Origin: Anaerolineaceae bacterium
GTDB taxonomy: Bacteria; Chloroflexota; Anaerolineae; Anaerolineales; Anaerolineaceae
Assembly (NCBI GenBank): GCA_034435955.1
Contig: DAOTWA010000027.1
Location: 16,325 to 80,324 of the forward strand
DNA length: 64,000 bases
Direction: 5' to 3'
Both the position numbers and the translations under genes were made by a program. Every line of letters starts with the position of its first letter. Positions within the stretch are counted from its first letter, which is position 1. The notes under the pieces are model-generated. The model saw only the letters and a program-made list of their open reading frames with translations, had not been told where the DNA came from and made no database searches. This document shows, piece by piece, positions 30,837 to 38,516 of this stretch.

Positions 30837-32015
30837 ATGGACATATTCGATAAATGCTACAACTTCACTGCAGCCAAAGAGGCTATGGCAACAGGCATCT
30901 ATCCCTATTTTATTCCCCTGACAGAGAACGAGGGCACCGAGGTCGTCTTTCACGGCCATCGGCTGATCATGTGCGGGTCGAACAATTACCTGGGGCTGAC
31001 CACACACCCGAAGGTTCGCCAAGCCGCCCTGGAGGCTATCGCCCGATACGGCACGAGCTGCACCGGCTCTCGTTTCCTGAACGGGACCCTCGAGCTCCAT
31101 GAACAGCTCGAACATGAGCTGGCCGAGTGGGTGGGAAAGGAAGCCGCGTTGACATTCTCCACCGGTATGCAGGTCAATCTTGGCACAATCAGCGCCCTGG
31201 TAGGACGGGGTGATGTGATCGTCATGGATAAGGATGATCACGCCAGCATCGTCGATGGAGCTCGCCTGAGCGGAGGGGAGATACAGCGTTTCCGCCACAA
31301 TGACATGGAGCATCTCGAGCGGGTCTTGGCCTCCATACCCGAAGATAAATCCACATTGGTGGTGGTCGATGGATTATTCAGCATGGAGGGTGATATCGCC
31401 CCTCTGCCTGAGCTTACCCGGTTGTGTAAGAAGTACGGCGCGCGCCTGATGGTTGATGACGCCCATGCCATGGGTGTGCTGGGCGGGGGAAAGGGCACCG
31501 CCGCTCATTTCGGTCTGACCGATCAGGTCGACCTGATCATGTCAACTTTCAGCAAGTCCTTCGCCTCGCTGGGGGGCTTTATCGCTGGTGATGAGCCGGT
31601 CATCCATTACATCAAACACCACGCCCGCGCGTTGATCTTCAGCGCCAGCATCACCCCAGCCAGCGCTGCGGCCGCTCTGGCTGCCCTGCATGTGATGCGT
31701 GATGAACCCGAGCTCGTACAGCGCGTGAATCAGAACGCTGAAAAAATGCGTCGGGGTTTTCGCGAGCTGGGTTTCAACACCGGAAACTCGGTCACTCCCG
31801 TCATCCCCATTATCATCGGGGATGATGAGCGCACATTCCTTGCCTGGAAGCTATTGTTTGAAGGCGGCGTCTTTGTGAATCCGGTCATCTCACCGGCCAC
31901 TCCTCCCGGCAGGCAGCTTCTACGCACCAGCTACATGGCCTCACACACTGAAGAGCAGCTCAACCGTGTGTTGGATGTTTTTGCCACGGTTGGCAAACAG
32001 GTTGGGTTGATCTAA
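30837..32015 (+). CDS. PLP-dependent alpha-oxoamine synthase, serine palmitoyltransferase-like
   Basis: GIYPYF...GSNNYLGLTTHP...GSRFLNGTLELHEQLEHELA...DKDDHASIVDG...RFRHNDMEHLE...VDDAHAMG...STFSKSFASLGG (PLP-Lys)...SPATPPGRQLLRTS. The Lys context TFSKS and the overall similarity resemble bacterial SPT more than BioF or Kbl. Confidence 0.8.
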   Translation: MDIFDKCYNFTAAKEAMATGIYPYFIPLTENEGTEVVFHGHRLIMCGSNNYLGLTTHPKVRQAALEAIARYGTSCTGSRFLNGTLELHEQLEHELAEWVGKEAALTFSTGMQVNLGTISALVGRGDVIVMDKDDHASIVDGARLSGGEIQRFRHNDMEHLERVLASIPEDKSTLVVVDGLFSMEGDIAPLPELTRLCKKYGARLMVDDAHAMGVLGGGKGTAAHFGLTDQVDLIMSTFSKSFASLGGFIAGDEPVIHYIKHHARALIFSASITPASAAAALAALHVMRDEPELVQRVNQNAEKMRRGFRELGFNTGNSVTPVIPIIIGDDERTFLAWKLLFEGGVFVNPVISPATPPGRQLLRTSYMASHTEEQLNRVLDVFATVGKQVGLI

Positions 32016-32023
32016 GCTTTTGC

Positions 32024-32857
32024 CTAGCGGGTCATATACAGAATGCCGATGGTGTTTGGCCCACAGTGGCTGGAGATGACGGCTCCGGCAGTGGTGATCA
32101 AAATTTCATCAGGCGCTGCCATTTTTTGAATCTGGTTTGCCAGATATTCTGCATCGCCATCACAGCCCGAGTGGGTGATGAACACCCGACGGCGATCCAG
32201 CTCGTCCAGATGGGCCTGGAAGTCGGCCAGCAGGGTGTCCAAAGCCTTGGCCCGCGAACCCCGCAGTTTGTTCCTCACTCCAAGTGTGCCATCCGGCCGT
32301 ACCTCTATCACCGGACGGATGCTCAACAGGCTGCCGACCAGGTTCTCGACGGCTGAACAGCGTCCGCCCATGTAAAGATACTCGAGAGTATCCACGACGA
32401 AGGCAGTGTGAACCTTGGGCACCATTCCCGCGATCTGGCCAGCGACATCTTCCAGGTCCAATCCTTCGTCGCGCAGTTCGGCGGCGCGCAGCGCCAGCAA
32501 ACCGATGCCGGTTGAGAGGTTGAGCGAATCGACCAACCGCAGCGGGGATTGCGTCCATTCCTGAGAGGCGAGATACACATTCTGGAAGGTGGCCGACAAT
32601 CTCGAGGATAGCCCGATATACAGATTTGGGGATTGTGGATCAAAGGCCTGCAAAATCTCAGGGATGGCTGGAGCTGCCGTTTTGGGCAACTCATGATACT
32701 GCTCTACGAGCTCAAAAAGCTGCTTTGAATGCAGATTGATGCCATCTTTATAGGTTTGACCAGCGATGGTCACCGTCAGCGGGATAACATGGATATTGTA
32801 GCGGGCTATGAGCTCCGGGCTAAGATCGGCGGTGCTATCTGTCAGGATATGGATCAT
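32024..32857 (-). CDS. DegV family fatty-acid-binding protein
   Basis: MIHILTDSTADLSPELIARYNIHVIPLTVTIAGQTYKDG is a typical DegV N-terminus. 277 aa. Confidence 0.85.
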   Translation of the reverse strand: MIHILTDSTADLSPELIARYNIHVIPLTVTIAGQTYKDGINLHSKQLFELVEQYHELPKTAAPAIPEILQAFDPQSPNLYIGLSSRLSATFQNVYLASQEWTQSPLRLVDSLNLSTGIGLLALRAAELRDEGLDLEDVAGQIAGMVPKVHTAFVVDTLEYLYMGGRCSAVENLVGSLLSIRPVIEVRPDGTLGVRNKLRGSRAKALDTLLADFQAHLDELDRRRVFITHSGCDGDAEYLANQIQKMAAPDEILITTAGAVISSHCGPNTIGILYMTR

Positions 32858-32983
32858 CGGTCTAGCCTCAATTTGGGATTGGTTGTTAGCGCCATTTTAG
32901 CAACGAAATCAAAAGGGATGGTGTTATAAAAATGCACACTATTTTAACCAGTTTTAAGAATTGATATCTACTATAATCATCTT

Positions 32984-33937
32984 ATGCCGACAGGTTTGAT
33001 TCTACACAATCCAGCGGCCGGTCGTCTCCCGGCGAAATTCCTCGTAAGCCGGGCGGCGGCTCTCCTGCGCAAATATGGCTGGAAGATCGATATGGTCGAA
33101 AGTCATTCGGGCGAACATCTCGCCGAGCTGGCCCGCCAGGCTGCAGAACAGCGTCTCGACGCTGTTTTTGTCGCTGGCGGCGATGGTTCCATCGGATGGG
33201 CGCTGTCATCTCTGGTAGGCACCGGAACCTCTCTGGGTGTCCTGCCAGTTGGCACGGCCAATGTATGGGCGCGCGAACTGGGCTTACCGGTGCTCTCGGT
33301 CCTTAACCCCTTATCGGTAGATCAATGGGCTAGGACTTTAGCTACGATTCCTCCCAGCAGCGTGGATGTAGGTATGTGCAGCGGGCGCCCATTTCTGATG
33401 TGGGCCGGCATCGGCCTGGACGCCTATCTGATTCACCAACTGGAGCCGCGCGCCCGCTGGGTGAAATATTTTACCTCGCTTCATTATGCGGCCATCGCTT
33501 TTAAAAACGCCAATTATTGGGGTGGAGTCAATTTGCATGTGACCGCCGATGGGCGACATATTGATGGTCACTTTTTGTTGGCGATCGTCAATAACATTCG
33601 TACTTATGTGGGCGGCCTGGCGCGTTTGTCCGAGACGATATATCTGGATGACGGGTTGATGGATTTGTGGCTGTTCTCAGGAGATACGCTGTGGGATGCG
33701 CTGATCCATTTCCGTGATCTGTTACTGGGCCGCCACGTGCACTCGGACCAGGCCATGTGTGTACATTTCCACCAGCTCAGCATTGAATCTGAGACGCCCG
33801 TATATCTTGAGATGGATGGGGAGCCCGTACCGCTGGAGAAATCGCGGGTTGAAATCCGCGTTCAACCGGCGGGATTGAAAGTGTTGGTGCCACTGAAGAC
33901 GCCGGCGCGCCTGTTTCTATATCAGCGCGTTTTGTGA
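32984..33937 (+). CDS. lipid kinase of the diacylglycerol/sphingosine kinase catalytic-domain family (YegS/LCB5-like)
   Basis: DAVFVAGGDGSIGWAL...LGVLPVGTANVWAREL matches the DAGK_cat nucleotide-binding motifs. 317 aa. Confidence 0.8.
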   Translation: MPTGLILHNPAAGRLPAKFLVSRAAALLRKYGWKIDMVESHSGEHLAELARQAAEQRLDAVFVAGGDGSIGWALSSLVGTGTSLGVLPVGTANVWARELGLPVLSVLNPLSVDQWARTLATIPPSSVDVGMCSGRPFLMWAGIGLDAYLIHQLEPRARWVKYFTSLHYAAIAFKNANYWGGVNLHVTADGRHIDGHFLLAIVNNIRTYVGGLARLSETIYLDDGLMDLWLFSGDTLWDALIHFRDLLLGRHVHSDQAMCVHFHQLSIESETPVYLEMDGEPVPLEKSRVEIRVQPAGLKVLVPLKTPARLFLYQRVL

Positions 33938-34001
33938 GTTGGAAAAACCCATAACCGATCCGGGCTATTGCGCATAGAAAATAATATTACACGCGAAGAT
34001 A

Positions 34002-35279
34002 TCATTCTTCTCTTTCTTCAGCGATCCCGTCTGATCCGGATGCAATGTCTTGTTCGAGCGCCGATGGGTCATCCGCGATGGGTGAGTTTTCCAGCGCCGA
34101 GCGTATGCTTTCCTGCAGTTCTTTCCTGCGCGGCCGTCGTTTTCCCAGGCTCTTCATCGACCCAAGCAAATCCCCGGTTACTTTGCGGGTGATGGCCTTG
34201 AGGGTTTGGCTGGAGAGCTTTTCTCCACGCTCGAACCAAACCGCGGCCGCATAACCCATTCCCACCGTCGTTGAGGAAGCCACGGCAGCCGCCAGCAGCC
34301 ATCCAGGCGGGCCGCCCAGCTTGCTCAGCTCCTGGAAGACCGTGCGTCCCAGATATCCAAGACCGAAGGTGGCGACCAGCTCGCGAGCCCGCTCCAGGGT
34401 GATTTTATAGTTGTAGATGCGCGCAATGCCCAGCACCATCATCGATTGGGTGACAACCAGCGGGGCGAAGTCCACCACCGGCAGGGGAGCCAGCGCGATC
34501 ACCGCGGCGACGGAGGCCGCGCTGGCGATGGCGCGCCAGGCAAGCTGCCAGCGGTACGCGGGCAAAGCGCTTCCTAGCGCTGCGACGATGGACGGCTCGG
34601 CGGCGGCAATGGCCATCAACACCTTTCCTACCTGTTTGCCCTCCTTCGCGCTGATCGGCAACACCTGCTCTGGCTTGAGGCGCAAGTCGGCGGCCGCCCG
34701 TTCGACCACTTTATCCGCGTCGCGCTTAACCAGATCGATCTTGTTCAGCACCACCACATACGGCTTTTTCAAGCCTGTCAGCTCATCGAATAGTTCTTGC
34801 TCGGTGCGTTTGACACCCTGGATGGCGTCGAACATTATGATGAGAAAATCCGCTTTGCGGGCCGCTTCCAACGCAAGGGATTTCTCGCGCTCGCCCACTT
34901 CGCCGACAGCGTCGGCGCCAGGCGTATCCACGATAGTGAAAAGGCCTGCATCGGCCTGCTGACTGGCGCGCGTGGTGCCCGGCAACGGACTGACCGCGGC
35001 CAGGTCCTCCTTGGACCGCACCATCTGGTTATAGAGGGTGGATTTACCCACATTGGCCGGTCCAACCACCACCACGGCGCGCTTCTGGCCGAAAGCCAGC
35101 TTAAATTGGGACAAAGACATGCGCAGGAGGATCTTGAGCAGGTTTGGGTCTGATGGAAAAGAGGTGAAGATCGATTGCAGGTCACGCCGATCCTCAGGCG
35201 GAAGGGATTCCCAGACCCCTTTGAGCATCTCGCGGGTCTCATCCGGTAATTCTTTTAGTAATTCGCTAAATGTTGGCAT
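34002..35279 (-). CDS. GTP-binding protein (MMR_HSR1-type GTPase) with C-terminal DUF697-like membrane domain
   Basis: G1 GPANVGKST, G3 DTPGAD, G4 NKIDL, G5 SAKEG. Followed by hydrophobic helices (AASVAAVIALAPLPVVDFAPLVV..., GWLLAAAVASSTTVGMGYAA). The ATG at 35279 lies 1 nt after the recJ stop. Confidence 0.75.
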   Translation of the reverse strand: MPTFSELLKELPDETREMLKGVWESLPPEDRRDLQSIFTSFPSDPNLLKILLRMSLSQFKLAFGQKRAVVVVGPANVGKSTLYNQMVRSKEDLAAVSPLPGTTRASQQADAGLFTIVDTPGADAVGEVGEREKSLALEAARKADFLIIMFDAIQGVKRTEQELFDELTGLKKPYVVVLNKIDLVKRDADKVVERAAADLRLKPEQVLPISAKEGKQVGKVLMAIAAAEPSIVAALGSALPAYRWQLAWRAIASAASVAAVIALAPLPVVDFAPLVVTQSMMVLGIARIYNYKITLERARELVATFGLGYLGRTVFQELSKLGGPPGWLLAAAVASSTTVGMGYAAAVWFERGEKLSSQTLKAITRKVTGDLLGSMKSLGKRRPRRKELQESIRSALENSPIADDPSALEQDIASGSDGIAEEREE

Positions 35280-35280
35280 A

Positions 35281-37692
35281 CTAATTCAACGCCTCGCCAG
35301 ATTGAGCCATCGGCAGGAGGGCATTTACTGGAGCACGGCGGTAGTACAGTCTGTAGGCAGCGCTCTCCTCTAAGGTAGATTTAAGCCCTGAAAATGCCTT
35401 ATCCAGCTCTGGATTTTCTCGCCTATCCCCTTCCTGTATGAGAATTGTATCCCCATCCGGGAAAACTGTCACACGGATGTGGCCGGCGGCTTCCAGCCAG
35501 GCTATGCCAGCCTTCACCGCCGCAAGGCTTTGCGCGCTTGCAGCGGCCAGCGAGCCGAAGCTAGCCTTGCCATCCAGGGCATGCAAAGCATACTTGCACA
35601 ACCCGGCGAGGCGCTTGAGGAAGGCGTCGGCCTCGTCCATGTTCGCGTCCACGGCAAAAAGCACCAGTGTTGCCGGGCGAACTTTACGGCAGGCCTGTTC
35701 CAAAACATCCGGGCCGGGAGGAATGGTCCACAGCGCCAGCACCTGGCCGGGTTCCAGCCGGTTGCGATCCCGACCCAGGGCTTCAATTTGAGGATCTGCC
35801 TCAGCGTAGACTTGCAGTCCGCTCACGCCAGCCAGCTCTCTCAGCCGTCGCAGAGGTTCTGGATCGTTGCGATAGTCGATCACCTGTATTGCTGGCGCTG
35901 CGCCTATCTCGACGCCGACATCTTCCCTCAGACGTGCATCCAGCCATTCGATCTGTACTTCTTCCTGACCGCGGTAGTCGCTGGAACGCAGCGAGTAAGC
36001 CAGATCAAAGCGGCCAGCCGGCAGTGGCGGCGTGATCCCTCCCGCACCTGCCTGCCACCAGATGATCTGGTATGAGTTGCCGCTTTCGTCTTCGACGCTG
36101 AGTTGAAGGTGTTCGCCATCCCTACCCAGTGCTGTCTGGCCTGTGATGTGGAGGTCGCGGCAGGCCAGGACAAGGGGCGGATTTCCCGGGCCGAAGGGCG
36201 CCAGACGCTCGATGTCGTTCACCAATGGGAGGTCCACAGCGGAGAGATGCAGATATTCGTCGATGGTCAGGGTTGGTTTGTATTCAACTCCGCCAAGCAT
36301 TTCGGCCACCGTGCGTTCCAGGCCGCGCTGAAAGGCAGGCAGGTTGGCCGGGTCCATAGATAAGCCGGCCGCCATCGGATGGCCGCCAAAATTGAGCAGC
36401 AGCTCCTTTTGAGCGGCAATGGCTGCGTTGATGTTGACCCCTTCCACCGAGCGGGCAGAGCCTCGCGCTGGTTCGCCGGGTGGAGTTGCGAGCAGCACGG
36501 TCGGGCGGTGATAGATCTCCGCCAACCGACTTGCCACGATGCCAATCACTCCCGCCGGCCAGGAAGCGTGCCATAACACCAAGGCAGGCCGGTCCAAAAG
36601 TGAGTGGTCGCGCTCAATCTGTCCCTGAGCCGCCTGGAAGACTTGGTCGGTGAGCAGCTTGCGACGCGCATTCAGCGCCTCTAACTGGGCGGCCAGAATG
36701 CGCGCTCTGGATAAATCATTCGTGGTGAGAAATTCGACGGCCGGATTGGCATCGCTTAAACGGCCCAGCGCGTTCAGACGCGGGGCGATGGTATAGGCGA
36801 TGTGTTCCTCCGTGGCGCGGCTCAGGTTCAGTTCGGCCAGTTCTGCCAACGCCTGGAGGCCGATTCTCTCAGTGCGGCGCAAAACTTCCAATCCACGCTG
36901 GACCAGATAGCGCGTCTCCCCACTCAGGATGGCCAGATCGGCCACCAGCCCTAATGCAACCAGATCCAGATGCCGGCCAGCGGCTTCCGCCTGTCCTGCG
37001 CGGTCATAAAGGTATTCGGCCAGCTTATAGGCCACACCCACGCCGGATAGGTTGGCCAGAGGATGGTTCTCCGCCAGCCGTTTGGGGTTGATGACGGCGT
37101 TGGCCGGAGGAAGGCTAAGCGGCAGGTCGTGATGGTCGCTGACGACCACATCCACCCCTTGCGAGCGGGCATAGGCAATCGCGTCGTGGGCAGTCACGCC
37201 CGTGTCGCAGGTAAGCACTACCTTCGCGCCGCCTTCCAGCGCGCGCCGCAAGCCGGGCAGGCTGATGCCGTGGGATTCATCTGCCCGTACGGGTATGTGG
37301 AATTCGACTTTTGCTCCCAGATTGCGCAGCGCCTCGACCAGCAGTGTGGTCGAAGTCTGGCCGTCGACATCGAAATCGCCCCACACGAAGATCGTCTCGC
37401 CCGAGCGGATGGCGCGCAGGATGAGTTCGCCGCCATCGATCAGATCGGGCAAATCTTCGGGCGGTGAAGGCCGGTAAAGAGTTGGATCGAGGAAAGGAAG
37501 CGCCGTTTCCGGCGAAATCAATCCACGCCTTGCCAGGGTGGCAGCCAGGAGTGGATGCCCGCCTACTGCTGTGGTCAATTCTATCGGCGGCTCTACCGCT
37601 TGGGGTTCGATCCAGGTGTAGATGCTCAGAAACGTATCTCCGCGATCTGCTCGAAATCGAAACCAGCCGGAGGCGTCACGTCTGGCTCCCAT
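35281..37692 (-). CDS. recJ: single-stranded-DNA-specific 5'-3' exonuclease RecJ
   Basis: DHH motifs VWGDFDVDGQTS, CDTGV, VSDHH and a DHHA1-type GGHPMAAG. The start is uncertain: ATG 37692 overlaps the upstream nuclease gene by 67 nt, and a non-ATG start near 37630 is possible. Confidence 0.88.
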   Translation of the reverse strand: MGARRDASGWFRFRADRGDTFLSIYTWIEPQAVEPPIELTTAVGGHPLLAATLARRGLISPETALPFLDPTLYRPSPPEDLPDLIDGGELILRAIRSGETIFVWGDFDVDGQTSTTLLVEALRNLGAKVEFHIPVRADESHGISLPGLRRALEGGAKVVLTCDTGVTAHDAIAYARSQGVDVVVSDHHDLPLSLPPANAVINPKRLAENHPLANLSGVGVAYKLAEYLYDRAGQAEAAGRHLDLVALGLVADLAILSGETRYLVQRGLEVLRRTERIGLQALAELAELNLSRATEEHIAYTIAPRLNALGRLSDANPAVEFLTTNDLSRARILAAQLEALNARRKLLTDQVFQAAQGQIERDHSLLDRPALVLWHASWPAGVIGIVASRLAEIYHRPTVLLATPPGEPARGSARSVEGVNINAAIAAQKELLLNFGGHPMAAGLSMDPANLPAFQRGLERTVAEMLGGVEYKPTLTIDEYLHLSAVDLPLVNDIERLAPFGPGNPPLVLACRDLHITGQTALGRDGEHLQLSVEDESGNSYQIIWWQAGAGGITPPLPAGRFDLAYSLRSSDYRGQEEVQIEWLDARLREDVGVEIGAAPAIQVIDYRNDPEPLRRLRELAGVSGLQVYAEADPQIEALGRDRNRLEPGQVLALWTIPPGPDVLEQACRKVRPATLVLFAVDANMDEADAFLKRLAGLCKYALHALDGKASFGSLAAASAQSLAAVKAGIAWLEAAGHIRVTVFPDGDTILIQEGDRRENPELDKAFSGLKSTLEESAAYRLYYRRAPVNALLPMAQSGEALN

Positions 37693-38516
37693 TCGGTTTC
37701 GTACGCGTCAAAGTCACCAGCTCTGACGCCGCGTTCGCACAGTGAGCGGTAAGAACAGTACAGGCAACGCCTCTCGTCGACAGTCAGGTTAAATACATCC
37801 GCGCGGTTGGCAGCAATTTCCTTGATCAGTGCTGACAGGTAACCTTCATCGGCGTCATATTGTGACTGATCATAAGGCAGGCGCTCAGGCTGGTCAGGAA
37901 AATTGGCGTACCAGTAGATCATTTCAACCTGCTCAGGTTTCACCTTCGCAGCCCCGGTCAAATGGCCGCCGGCGCGCGCCGCCAGGAAGCGGTAAACCCT
38001 TGTTTGCAGTCGGGACAACAGGCGCTCGGGTGGGCTTTTCCTGCGATCCGTCTTCCAGTCGGCGATCGTGATGCGGCCGTCCTGACCAATTACCAGCAGA
38101 TCGAATTGGGCCACCAGGCGGAAGCCGGCCAGTGTGGCCGCCAGGTTCAGCTCTGAGTAGCGTTGGCCGGGTAAGTCGGCCGGGCGGGCGAGCAGATAAT
38201 TGTTCCACCACCGTTCCAGGTCACTGCCGGGGATGGCAGCGGCCAGCGCAGCCGCTTCGGCACGCAAAGTTTCCTCCGGCAGGCCGGTCAGGTGCTGCTG
38301 CACCAGGCGATGGAATGCCTGACCCTGGCGCAAATGGCGTTCCTGTTCCAGTACCGGCTCGCTTTCAACCGCAGGCCAGGAAATCTGCAGCAGGTAGCGC
38401 AACTGGAACCGCCTTGGGCAGTCCACATAATCCTGCAGGTTGCCCTGACTGAAGAGGAAATCGGGCGGCAGAAACGGCTGCGGAGGCTGTAGCTTATCCG
38501 GTTTCGGCGGCTGCAT
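37626..38516 (-). CDS. stand-alone PD-(D/E)XK nuclease with Cas4/AddB-type four-cysteine (Fe-S) signature
   Basis: One N-terminal Cys (YVDCPRRFQLRY), the nuclease core FDLLVIGQDGRITIADWKT, and a C-terminal CLYCSYRSLC (C-x2-C-x5-C). Start set to ATG 38516 (MQPPKPDKL), overlapping the upstream helicase stop by 23 nt. Confidence 0.75.
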   Translation of the reverse strand: MQPPKPDKLQPPQPFLPPDFLFSQGNLQDYVDCPRRFQLRYLLQISWPAVESEPVLEQERHLRQGQAFHRLVQQHLTGLPEETLRAEAAALAAAIPGSDLERWWNNYLLARPADLPGQRYSELNLAATLAGFRLVAQFDLLVIGQDGRITIADWKTDRRKSPPERLLSRLQTRVYRFLAARAGGHLTGAAKVKPEQVEMIYWYANFPDQPERLPYDQSQYDADEGYLSALIKEIAANRADVFNLTVDERRCLYCSYRSLCERGVRAGDFDAYETEWEPDVTPPAGFDFEQIAEIRF

